Shown here piece by piece: positions 1-12,029 of a DNA stretch of 64,000 nt. Both the position numbers and the translations under genes were made by a program. The notes beneath the pieces are model-generated. The model was not told where the DNA came from and made no database searches. It was given only the letters and a program-made list of their open reading frames with translations. Origin of the DNA: Macrostomum lignano (Eukaryota); NCBI GenBank assembly GCA_002269645.1, contig NIVC01001451.1:124001-188000 (forward strand), written 5' to 3'. Numbering within the stretch: the stretch's first letter is position 1; each line of letters opens with the position of its first letter.

Positions 1-159
1 CACGGGTGCTGGAAGGACACACACGGGTGCTGGAAGGACACACACGGGTGCTGGAAGGACACACACGGGTGCTGGAAGGACACACGGGTGCTGGAAGGAC
101 ACACACGGGTGCTGGAAGGACACACACGGGTGCTGGAAGGACACACAGGTGCTGGAAGG
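1..159. repeat. Minisatellite, 19-21 bp unit GGGTGCTGGAAGGAC(AC)n, left part of an array interrupted by a LINE
   Basis: Direct tandem copies visible; the same unit resumes at 4928 after the LINE. Confidence 0.95.
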
Positions 160-1050
160 CTTCAAAAAGTGTGGAGTGCTGTTGACTCCTATCTGATTGA
201 GCTGACTGTCGAGGAGGGAATCTCCATCGGCGTTGAGCGGATGGTGCTGCGAAGCACATTCGTTCTTATTGCTCCTAGCAGCGAGGAGGACGCTCGGCGG
301 CTGCTCCAGCGGCTACCGACGGTCTCCTTGGATGCTGACCTTGGTGGAGCTCTTTTTCTTCGCGAGGGCCAGCGTCCAAAGACGATACCCTATGTGGTTT
401 TCGTCCCTGCTAAGAGCACCGCAGCTGGACCAGACGTTATTCGCCGGGTCCTACTGCGTCTGAACCCCGACCTCCCTGCTAGTGGACTGGTGTATCACCG
501 CAAAGTCCGCAGGGGGGAGACGGGCAACTCAATTGTCCTCGGCCTTTCCAGCACTTGGGCGAGTCGGTACCCTAATGGATCCTCTTTCCAGCTGGGTGCC
601 CTCAAGCTCAAGTTGCGCCGAGGAAAGTCTGCCAAAGGGAAGGCTACTGCCAACCCCGGCATCTCCGGCAAGAGCGGGGCGCAGTCTAAGGCCCAAGGAA
701 AGGCGCAAGCCGATCCCAAAGCCAAAGCTGCATCTCGCCCCTCTGCTAGCAGCAGTTCGGCGACCGCGGTAACGGCTCCGGCCGAGCCCCGGGAACCAAA
801 CCTGCCAGTCGGAGAAGGAGTTGAGGACGAGGCCGGGTCTTCGGAATCCGAGCTCTCCTCGGCCACCTTGGTGGGGTCTGAAGGTAAAGATGCAGGTGAG
901 GAAGCTTCCTCCATCCTGTCATCGGAGCCTGAGGACTCTGCTGGGGGGGCCGGTGGGGGTGAGGAGGCCATGGACGTCGACCAACTCCCATCTCCCAGTC
1001 AAGCCCCAGCGGCCTGGGACGAGGACGATCTGTTGTCCAAGTCTCCTTGA
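160..1050 (+). pseudogene. LINE family A ORF1, 3' part (5'-truncated)
   Basis: Open frame homologous to ORF1 of the second LINE (LNPDLPASGLVYHRKVRRGETGNSIVLGL vs RHPDLDASGLVYHSTVRKGTTGATVILGL); acidic low-complexity C-terminus ending LLSKSP. Confidence 0.8.
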
Positions 1051-1089
1051 TGGCCCTGGGCTCTAGCCAGATATTGCATTTAATACAGT

Positions 1090-4000
1090 ATGACTAAGCT
1101 CCACGCTGCCAAAGGAGCGACATTCTGTCTGCAAATAAATTTACAGCATTGCGTATCTGCGTCAGTAAATCTGATGAAGATTGCTGAGCTGTACAGGCCA
1201 GGCCTCATCCTGATCCAGGAACCCTGGATGCGCAACGGTAAGTTGCCCAACATTCCCTCTGGCTACTCTGATTTTTATGTGTGTGGCCCGGGGAACAGCC
1301 GCCCTAGAGCGGCTATCCTCGCTGCTAGCCATCTCCAGGCTTGGCTGAGGACTGATCTCTCTGATGGAGACCTTTGCGTCATCCAATCTAATCATTTCTC
1401 TCCGCGTACGTGTCTTGTTGCCTCGGTTTATATCCCAGGCGACAGAGACCCTGCTCCCGAGAGTTTACTGCGCCTTGCGCAGTACTGCGAGTCCCAGAAC
1501 GCTGAGCTGTGCTTAGGGGGCGACCTCAACGCGCACCACAAGCACTGGGGCAGCAAAGATACCAACACTAGAGGAGAGGAGCTTCTGGCCCTCATCTCTA
1601 ACACAAACCTCATGCTCTGCAACCGCGGCAGCACTCCTACCTTTAATAATGGCAGATGGACCGAGGTCCTCGACGCCACACTCGTTACCCCAAGACTCTT
1701 TGACAGAGTCAAGGAGTGGAGAGTCTGGTCTGAGGAGCCCTCCCTGTCTGACCACTGCTTTATCGCCTTTAATATCGCGGACACTAAAACCCAGTCTCCG
1801 ATCACTTGGAGACGCAATATCCGCAACACTGATTGGGCGGCCTACAAGGCTGCCCTTGATCTGCACCTGCAGGAACTCACGGACTTACGTCCGATTGAGA
1901 CCTGCGAGGATGTGGATCATATGGCTGAGACGCTGACAGGTTGCATTATTGCAGCCTACGAAGCGGCTTGTCCTGCTCGCGCCTACAGAGGCAAGACCTC
2001 GGCGCCGTGGTGGAACCCGGAGCTGGGGAAACTCAGGCGGAAGGCCAAAAGCCTTCATCGCCGTGCCATGAAGACCGGAAACCCGGAGGACATGGAGCTT
2101 TTCCGGCAAGCCTCCCGCAATTTCAAATCTGAAGTGCGCAAGGCCAAGGAATGTAAGTGGCGCCAATTCTGAAATGAATTGGATCAAGACAGACCTACTT
2201 CTAGGCTTGTCAAGGCCCTTACAATGGACAAAATGTCCAAATTAGCCATGATAAAAAAAGATGATGGCTCTCTTACTAAAGACCCTGAAGAAGTGCTTCA
2301 GCATATGCTTAGCACATTCTTCCCGAGGGTACCTACTGCTAGACCGGAGCCCAACCATTCGATGGATGGAGCCACCCTAGCGGCGGGCATTGTCACTGAA
2401 GACCTAATCGCTCGTGCGGTCAGAACCTTCAAACCCTTCAAATCTCCTGGACCTGATGGTATCTACCCTGTTCTCCTTCGTGAAGCAGCCAAGATACCCT
2501 CGTTCCTGAGACTCACCCGCAATCTTATGCGGGCCTCTATCCAGCTGGGATACGTTCCCAAAAGCTGGACTGAAGCTCGAGTAGTCTTTATTCCCAAACC
2601 TGGGAAGGGTGACTACCAAAGCGTCAAGGCCTTCCGGCCAATTAGCTTAACGTCAGCAATGCTTAAGCTCACTGAGAGGCTTATTCTCTGGCGGCTGCTC
2701 TCCTGCGAGCTGACAGCGATGCCCCTCAGCAATAATCAGCACGCCTTCCGTACCGGGAGGTCGACTGACAGCGCCCTGCATGCGATTGTCGAAAAGATTG
2801 AACGGGCGGTACTGGGTGACGGTTACGCCCTGGCTCTCTTTCTTGACATTGTTGGCGCCTTCGACAACGTTATCTTTGAAGCGTTTCAGAGGGCCCTTCA
2901 AAATCGCAAAGCTCATGCTACCCTCATACGGTGGATCATGTACATGATCTCCAACCGTACGGTCACTGCCCAACTTCTTGGGCAAACTGCCTCCACCAGA
3001 GTCTGTAAGGGTGGACCCCAAGGCGGAGTCCTCACCCCGACGCTCTGGAACCTGGTCATGGACGCTCTTCTGAGTGACTCCCGACCTGACCCTGTCTTCA
3101 AAGTCGGGTATGCTGATGACGTCACGGCCATTGTGGCAGGACCGTCTCCCAGCACGCTCAGGGATCTGATGCAGAGCTTTATCCGCAAAGCAGAATCCTG
3201 GGCCAATGACAATGGTTTGGAACTCTCTGAGCCCAAAACCGTTGCCATTATGTTTACCAGCAGACTACGCTGGAACATACGTCCTCTGCAGCTCTACGGC
3301 AGAGATATTGCCTTCGCGCACCAGACCAGATGTCTCGGGGTCACACTTGACCACCGGCTCAACTGGTCCTTCCACGTGAAAGCAAAAGCTAAGCGTGCCT
3401 CAGCCATCCTGGCCCAGCTCCGACGAGCACTTGGCACTTCTTGGGGTCTATCCCCAAAGCGGCTTTGGTGGATCTATACTTCCGTAGTTAGACCTGCCAT
3501 TACGTACGCCTCTGTTGTCTGGGTTAGCGCTACCCAGGTCAAAAGCCATGCAGACCTGCTCAACACGATCCAAGGCAGAGCGTGTAGGCTCATCTGCAAC
3601 GCCACCAGGTCCACGCCCTTTGCTGGCATGGGGGCCTTTCTTAATCTTCCGCCTCTTGACCTCTTCATCAGGGGTGAGGCGGCTAGAACGACGCGGCGTC
3701 TAATTGATGCCGGCGTCAAATTCATTTACATGAGAGCACCTGCTAAGCGGAACCTTGTCCCGCATAGCGATCTGTGCCTCAACTTTCTCAACGAGTGTCA
3801 GGCCAATCGCGTCTTCACCGATGGCATTGCCTCAACGCTCAACCTGAGACAGCGCTACTCCGTAGCTATCGACTCGCGCGATAACATCAATGACCATTGG
3901 AACCCTGGTGAGCTTCATTGCTACACCGACGGTTCTAAGCAGTCAGCCAACACCGGCTTTGGTGTTGGAATCTTTCTGAACGGGAGGGTCATCGCTACCC

Positions 4001-4830
4001 ACGCTCAATACACTGGGGTCAACTCCAGTGTTTTCCAAAATGAAGTTCTGGCCATCAGCTCCTGCACTGCAGAGCTTCTCGCCACTGGCGTTACTGGTAA
4101 GAACATCATTTTCCATTCGGACAGCCAAGCTGCCTTGCACGCCATCAGTGGCTGCAGCACCAACTCTGCTACAGTCCTTGACTGTATCAAACTCCTCAAT
4201 GTGTTGGGTTCCGCCAACAAAATTACCCTTAAGTGGGTTCCGGGGCATGTGGGGATCCGAGGAAATGAGTTGGCTGACACCCTTGCAAAAGTTGGTGCCT
4301 CCGGCTCCTCTCTCGGCCCCGAACCTCTTGTCCCGATTCCTGGCTGTGTCATCGACTCGCGCATCAAAGCGTGGATCAGGACTCAGCACCGCTCGACTTG
4401 GGCGAACCGCACGAACTGCAGGCAATCCAGAGGCGCTGTCCCTCAGCCCTCTCACCAGCTCCGGAAGCTCCTCTTGCGCCTCTCGCGCAGAGACATCCGG
4501 GCTGCCACCATGACCCTCTCTGGTCACGGCTGCTTCTCCAGGCACCAGTACCTGCAGGGCAACGCCACCAACGCCTCCTGTAGTTTCTGCAACTCAGGTG
4601 ACGAAACCGCTGAGCATTTCGTCAGCATCTGTCCCGCCTTCACGCGGGCCAGACTCACTTACCTCGGGCCACACACATCTATTACTGAAGCGTGCAAACC
4701 CGAAAACTTTAATCAGCTCATGCGCTACCTTCGGGCCACCCGCAGGGCTGAACTCTCCTTTCCAGAGAGCACCATAGCTGCTGGCGACACTGGGGGACCT
4801 CCCTGGGCGGCGCCAACCCTCCGTCCATAG
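1090..4830 (+). pseudogene. LINE family A ORF2 (endonuclease/reverse transcriptase/RNase H) with one in-frame nonsense codon
   Basis: ORFs 1090-2172 and 2179-4830 are in the same frame. TGA at 2170-2172 in WRQF*NEL aligns to WREYCEEL of family B, implying a TGC/TGT-to-TGA change. Confidence 0.9.
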
Positions 4831-4927
4831 CGACGCGTCGGCCGTTCAGGGACTAGCGGAATGGGCGCCCGCGCCTTCCCGCTGTGTCCCCTCCGGGACA
4901 GCCCTGCAGCTAAGTCAAGTAAGTCAA

Positions 4928-5128
4928 GGTGCTGGAAGGACACATGGGGTGCTGGAAGGACACATGGGGTGCTGGAAGGACACATGGGGTGCTGGAAGGA
5001 CACACACGGGTGATGGAAGGACACACACGGGTGATGGAAGGACACACAGGGTGCTGGAAGGACACACAGGGTGCTGGAAGGACACACAGGGTGCTGGAAG
5101 GACACACAGGGTGCTGGAAGGACACACA
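4928..5128. repeat. Right part of the GGGTGCTGGAAGGACAC minisatellite
   Basis: Tandem copies visible. Confidence 0.95.
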
Positions 5129-5784
5129 AGGGTTGCTATGGGGTACACTACAGTGCCTTTCAAGTAATTAGATTTTTACTTTAAGCTTGTTAATAGTCCC
5201 ACCATGCTTCTATGTGAGTAGTGCATTATGCGCATCCATATACTAAAAATGGTCTGTCGGTATCCATCTATCTAGGTATGCGATCGATTTTAGCAAAATT
5301 AAATTCTAAAAACTATTTTAGACTAGACTAAACTATTTTAGACTAGACGAAACTCAAGGGCACAAAAGGGAGATGAAGTAGGAGCGGAAATGCTTTATCG
5401 TAAGCCTTACTGATTGTTTAACTCAGTGCTCTCAGACCTTCACACAATAACAAGAATGGTGTACTCAGATTGAGAAACACTTTAATATTCTGTTGACAAC
5501 AGGCCTTCAAGTTCCCACGCATGGCATAATTGACTTGGCATTTAATGAAAATTTAAATAGAAATTTGGTACAAGCAAACTGACTCTCAATGAACTGCATA
5601 GGGTCAGGTCAAATCTCCTTTTTGCGTAGTTTTGCTTTGCCACACACTGCAAATTGATGCTGGGTGCTGCACTGCTTTAGGGTGAGGGAGGGGGTGAACT
5701 TGAGAAAATCGCTTCAAGTGACCTTGAGCAATTAAGACTAGTCACGGTCTCTTATCACTTACCTGGTATCTTATCTTGATCCAA

Positions 5785-6830
5785 CCTCTCATATAACGAG
5801 TATCTCCCTCTGTTATCTCCCTCTCTCATATCTGCACTCTCTCACATCTCCCTCTCTCATATCTGCACTTTCGCATATCTCCCTCTCTCATAACTCCCTC
5901 TCTCATATCTGCACTTTCGTATATCTCCCTCTCTTATATCTAACTCTCTAATATCTGCACTTTCTCATATCTCCCTCTCTTATATCTAACTCTCTAATAT
6001 CTGCACTTTCTCATATCTCCCTCTCTTATATCTAACTCTCTAATATCTGCACTTTCTCATATCTCCCTCTCTCACATCTCCCTCTCTCATATCTGCACTT
6101 TCTCATATCTCCCTCTCTTATATCTAACTCTCTAATATCTGCACTTTCTCATATCTCCCTCTCTCACATCTCCCTCTCTCATATCTGCACTTTCTCATAT
6201 CTCCCTCTCTCATATCTAACTCTCTCATATTTCCCTCTGTTATCCCCCTCTCTCATATCTGCACTCTCTCCTATCTCCCTCTCTCACATCTCCCTCTCTC
6301 ATATCTGCACTCTCTCCTATCTCCCTCTCTCACATCTCCCTCTCTCATATCTGCGCTTTCTCATATCTCCCTCTCTCATATCTAACTCTCTCATATCTGC
6401 ACTTTCGCATATCTCCCTCTCTCATATCTAACTCTCTCATATCTCCCTCTTTCATATCTAACTCTCTAATATCTAACTCTCATATCTCCCTCTTTCATAT
6501 CTAACTCTCTAATATCTGCACTTTCTCATATCTCCCTCTCTCATATCTCCCTCTCTCATATCTGCGCTTTCTCATATCTCCCTCTCTCATATCTAACTCT
6601 CTCATATCTCCCTCTGTTATCTCCCTCTCTCATATCTGCACTCTCTGCTATCTCCCTCTCTCACATCTCCCTCTCTCACATCTGCGCTTTCTCATATCTC
6701 CCTCTCTCATATCTAACTCTCTCATATCTCCCTCTGTTATCTCCCTCTCTCATATCTTCCTCTCTTATCTCCCTATCTTATCTACTCTCTTTTCTTCCTC
6801 TCATATCTGCCTCTCTTATCTCCTCTCTCT
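5785..6830. repeat. CT-rich degenerate minisatellite (CTCTCATATCTCCCT / ATATCTGCACT)
   Basis: Tandem copies visible; boundaries approximate. Confidence 0.9.
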
Positions 6831-7285
6831 GTCCCCGGCCCTCTCTTTTTCCCACTCTCCAACCTGGCCCACTCCCTTGCAGCAAAGTACTTTATCAGAT
6901 CCGGCAACAACAGAGGTGTGGCTTTGCGTGTAGCTGATTCTCAGATAATGCCATGCAAAAAACTGATTCTACTCAACTCTGCGGAGTGAAAGGCAGCAGC
7001 AGAGCACTGCATGCTGCTGCACTCTCCGCGGCTCACAGATAGTTGCTGAGGGCCGGCAACAGCAGAAGCAAAGGCAATGAAAACTTTGTTCTGTCACGAC
7101 GCCCATTATCTTTTCCTTCTATTTTGCCTGTGCTTTGAGTATGGCTTGCTGATTCTAAAGAAATGCTGGGGGCTTTGAGTTCTGCACGCAATGGCAGGCA
7201 AATTAACGCCTGAGTAACCGCAGTTACTCATTTATAGAAAATGAACGCCTTTATGAGACGAATAGTCGACTACATGTGTGCTGAT

Positions 7286-7875
7286 GTCTCTCTAATCTCC
7301 ACCCTCACTCTGATCTCCCAATGTCTCTAATCTCCCCCCTCACTCTGATCTCCCAATGTCTCTAATCTCCCCCCTCACTCTGATCTCCCAATGTCTCTAA
7401 TCTCCCCCCTCACTCTGATCTCCCAATGTCTCTAATCTCCCCCCTCACTCTGGTCTCCCTGTCTCTAATCTCTCTCCTCTCACTCTGATCTCCCAATGTC
7501 TCTAAACTCCCCCTCACTCTGGTCTCCCTGTCTCTAATCTCTCTCCTCTCACTCTGATCTCCCGATGTCTCTAATCTCTCTCATCTCACTCTGGTCTCCC
7601 AATGTCTCTAATCTCTCTCATCTCACTCTGGTCTCCCAATGTCTCTAATCTCTCTCATCTCACTCTGGTCTCCCAATGTCTCTAATCTCTCTCATCTCAC
7701 TCTGGTCTCCCAATGTCTCTAATCTCTCTCATCTCACTCTGGTCTCCCAATGTCTCTAATCTCTCTCATCTCACTCTGGTCTCCCAATGTCTCTAATCTC
7801 TCTCATCTCACTCTGGTCTCCCAATGTCTCTAATCTCTCTCATCTCACTCTGGTCTCCCAATGTCTCTAATCTCT
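7286..7875. repeat. ~35-37 bp minisatellite GTCTCTAATCTCTCTCATCTCACTCTGGTCTCCCAAT
   Basis: Tandem copies visible. Confidence 0.92.
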
Positions 7876-8349
7876 ACAGAGCTCTAGATGCTGACAAATT
7901 CTATAAAAAGCCGCACAGTTCCCCTGCAGTAAACATGACAGAAAGCACTTTGAGGGTGAACAGTGACCAGTTTAGTATGCTAATAGGAAATGCGAGCTTC
8001 CACACAGCTGCATTGCAATTTCCCTGTGTACTTAGCTTACAGAGTTCTGCTATAAATATTTGCACAAATACACTCTGACAACAGACTTGAATATTACGCT
8101 CATATGATCATTTAGTCCGGAAACAGTTCTCTTTCTCAGAGTCTGCGCATGCTGAGGTTCTAGTTTATTCTGCGCGGAAAAATGACAACCAGAACAGAAA
8201 TTTGATGTAACTATAGAACAGTAACCATATTATGCCCTCTGTTCAAGCCTTTTGCCGCATAGTTTTCTTTGAGTGCTGAACTGGATCAGCGACCTTTCGA
8301 GTTCGATGTGACATTCATTTTCAATTTTCGACTGAAAGGAAAACGAGGG

Positions 8350-9136
8350 ATGAGAGGAGTGGGGAGGGACAGGGAGTGAGGGGTGGTGAGGGGCAGGGAG
8401 TGGGGGTGGGGTGGGGAAGGGCAGGGAGTGAGGGGTGGTGAAGGGTAGAGAGTGAGGAGTGGGGAGGGACAGGGAGTGAGGGTAGTGAGGGCAGGGAGTG
8501 GGGGTGGGGTGGGGAAGGGCAGGGAGCGAGGGTTGGTGAGGGGCAGGGAGTGAGGGGTGGTGAGGGGTGGTAAGGGGTGGTGAGGGGCAGGGAGCGAGGG
8601 GTGGTGAGGGGTGGTGAGGGACAGGGAGTGAGGGGTGGGGTCGGGCAGGCAGTGAGGGGTGGTGAGGGACAGGGAGTGAGGGGTGGTGAGGGGCAAGGAG
8701 TGAGGGGTGGGGTGGGGAAGGGCAGGGAGCGAGGGTTGGTGAGGGGCAGGGAGTGAGGGGTGGTGAGGGGTGGTAAGGGGTGGTGAGGGGCAGGGAGCGA
8801 GGGGTGGTGAGGGGTGGTGAGGGACAGGGAGTGAGGGGTGGGGTCGGGCAGGCAGTGAGGGGTGGTGAGGGACAGGGAGTGAGGGGTGGTGAGGGGCAGG
8901 GAGTGAGGGGTGGTGAGGGACAGGGAGTGAGGGGTGGTGAGGGGCAGGGAGTGAGGGTGGGGTCGGGCAGGCAGTGAGGGGTGGTGAGGGGCAGCGAGTG
9001 AGGGGTGGGGTCGGGCAGGCAGTGAGGGGTGGTGAGGGGCAGGGAGTGAGGGGTGGAGTCGGGCAGGCAGTGAGGGGTGGTGAGGGGCAGGGAGTGAGGG
9101 GTGGAGTCGGGCAGGCAGTGAGGGGTGGTGAGGGAC
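8350..9136. repeat. G-rich ~24 bp minisatellite GAGGGGTGGTGAGGGGCAGGGAGT
   Basis: Tandem copies visible; source of the spurious Pro/Thr-rich ORFs. Confidence 0.93.
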
Positions 9137-10769
9137 ACGGTTTACTTCACCAGAAAAGGCAGTCAAGAAAATTGGCTCAATGCGTTAACCAATAGAAAAG
9201 TAAAAACACGTGCAATTGCGTGTAGAATTTTTTTGAGCTTTTAAATCGAGTTTCGCGACTTAAGCACTAGCTAAGCTCATTCCCGGCTGTTTTATTATTA
9301 GATAAGGATTGTTCAACACCAATATTTAATATTTTGCAATCTAAATTGTGTAGCTACAGGGCAAACTGTCTAATAAAGTTTTTCATAAAGAATTTCGGTG
9401 CGGGGTGGGCATGCGGACTTGTAGAAATAAGAAAGGAATTGAAAAAAACACTTTGAGCGCAAACATTTTACGGGCTAAAAAACAACAAAAATTACGATTT
9501 AAACGTAACAAACGACAAACAAATAATTAAACATTAAAGAGCGGGTGGCGAAAGCACACACGTTACGGGAATATAAAAAGTGTTGATTTCGAAAGAAATT
9601 TAGTTTAAAGAAGATTGTTTCAAAAATGTGCTCAAAAAGCTGTTTATCTTGGGTGTAACAAACAAAGAAACAAACAAAGGGGGGCTCACAATAAGATAAA
9701 TGTTGTCAGCTGCAGAGTCACACAGCTAGGCAACACAAATACAGCTTATCATAGCAATAACAATAATACTTAACTTTTTTAAAGCCGGAAATATTTCAAC
9801 AAAAAAACTTACATATAGCGCAGTCATATTCATTAGCGCAGTGCACAAGACAGAAGCCCTGTTAAATTAAACTCCAATTTCTGCTGATACGTTTATTCAA
9901 GCATAATTTTTTTCAGCACTTTAATTTTCTCATCAATATGAAACACCCAAAAATTTTTCTAAGAAACAATTAAAAATAATTTGTAAGAAACAGAAATAAT
10001 TTCTAAGAAACACCCGAATATTATTTCTGAGAGATATCTTAAGCCAATTTCTAAGATAATTTCTGAAAAAGCACCAAAGATACCACAAGTTATTTTTACT
10101 GTATGATGCTGTTTAAAAATAATTTCAACCTTAAAAAATGTAAAAATTGGAGTTTAAAATGACGACGAACTGAGTAAAAAAATAAGCTGTGACCCCTAAC
10201 TGCAGCATCAATAAAATTGCACAGAACATTTATTTTAAGCATTAAAAGTGAGTTTGCACAAAAAATTGCATTTAAATATAGAACTTAAGCCCACAGATCA
10301 CGAAATGTGTTGCATTGAACAGTAGAATTGTTAATTATTATTTACTACTGCTAATATTGACAATAGTAATATTAATAGCCGAATAACGCTAAACAGAAAG
10401 ACACCCGAATATGAATGAGTTCTTACAGTAATCCGTATATACCTGTAAGAATTAAACAGTATCAATATATGCTTATATGAGTTACAGAATTTTACTGAAC
10501 AAATTGTGACAGGCATATTAAATTGAAACAAACAAAAATAACAAAAATAAATGAATAATAATAAAGCTTAGAGATTCCAAGACATTTGCAGTGTTTTATT
10601 CAGAGATTCATCGATAGTTCTAATTAATTAATACACTGTAATAAATTATAATAATGATAATAGTATTACTAATACACATCACCACCAGAGACCCAGTTGA
10701 ACATGTTTATTAATTAGTTTTACACATGTCAAAACCCAAAATAGACTGATGACGTCAGCGATGACTCAT

Positions 10770-11855
10770 CTAGACTTCGTCAAGCAGCTCCTTGGCTGGC
10801 GGTGACGCGTCACCAACGAAGATCACCGCCGCCTGCGACCGCTGCCTGCGGCGGAGGGACGGGCCTGGGGATGGATCGGGCGCGTGCGAGAATATTCAGT
10901 TCGTGCTTCAGTTGGTTATAAGTCTGCCATGATCCCCATCAGTCCGCGATGATCCCCATCAGTCCGCCATGATCCCCATCAGTCCGCCATGATCCCCATC
11001 AGTCTGCCATGATCCCCATCAGTCCGCCATGATCCCCATCAGTCCGCCATGATCCCCATCAGTCTGCCATGATCCCCATCAGTCTACCATGATCCCCATC
11101 AGTCCGCCATGATCCCCATGAGTCTGCCATGATCCCCATCAGTCTGCCATGATCCCCATCAGTCTGCCATGATCCCCATCAGTCCGCGATGATCCCCATC
11201 AGTCCGCCATGATCCCCATCAGTCTGCCATGATCCCCATCAATCTGCCATGATCCCCATCAATCTGCAATGATCCCAAAAGAATGATTTCACGAGCAATT
11301 AGTTAACTCTATACATAATATCATTAGTTGTAGCCCATGAATATATGTTTACTATTGAAATAATAAGCCATTAAAGGACAGCAAGCCATGACACGCACCC
11401 CACCACTATTGGCAATCCAGAAGGACGTGACACACCAGAAAGGGGCAGAGCGGAGAGTTGCTATGGTGTGATAGTAAAACTTACTGATATCAAATCCCAC
11501 ACAGCACACGCTTCCCTTGCCGCTAGCACAGCAATGCAATTCTCTTCCTAATCTCCCAGAATTCCCAATATAAGCGCATTTGGGGATTCCATGGGAAAGA
11601 AATTCAATTGGTTTATCCAGCCCGAGGCAGTTTATAAAAAAATCCCATCGCCTGTCAACAGGCCGAGCGGAGCGGCGGACAGCAACTGGGCCGGCAGGGC
11701 TGGCACTGCGCACTTTAATGAAATGGATTGGCTTGGAGATTGAAGCCTGACCGATTGTGTCCTCTGGGAGCTGCTTTGCGTAGCTGCAACTTGTGTGTCT
11801 GTGTGTGTCTTAGTTTCTGTCTATGTGTCTGTCTATCTGTTTGTCTGTAAGCCTG

Positions 11856-11888
<33 letters not shown>

Positions 11889-11994
11889 GCCTGTCTGTCA
11901 GCCTGTCTGTCTGTGTGTCTGTCTGTCTGTCTGTCTGTCTATCTGCCTGTCTGTCTGTCTGTGTGTCTGTCTGTCGTCTGTCTGTCTGTCTGTC

Positions 11995-12029
<35 letters not shown>

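Larger units (their letters stand above)
160..4927 (+). mobile_element. 5'-truncated non-LTR retrotransposon (LINE; APE-RT-RNase H-CCHC; LOA/R1-like), family A
   Basis: Partial ORF1 plus ORF2 with APE (QINLQH, LIQEPW, GDLNAHH, SDH), RT (PQGGVLTP, YADD), RNase H (YTDGSK, SDSQAAL, WVPGHVGIRGNELAD) and C-terminal CSFC...H...C. Ends in (TAAGTCAAG)2. Flanked by GGTGCTGGAAGG at 148-159 and 4928-4939, a putative 12-bp TSD that coincides with the repeat unit. Confidence 0.93.

Noticed and set aside
88-159. ORF track shows an (LEGHTRV)n repeat fused in frame to LINE ORF1
   Set aside because: No ATG start; it is the flanking minisatellite read through a 5'-truncation junction, not a designed fusion protein.
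5755-5766. CACTTACCTGG resembling the U1 snRNA 5' end, or a minus-strand donor
   Set aside because: Downstream sequence does not continue as U1, and no upstream exon or ORF could be supported.
10746-10775. CTGATGA suggesting a hammerhead ribozyme core
   Set aside because: No GAAA or closing stems follow; it overlaps a TGACGTCA palindrome in the NPC1 3' UTR.
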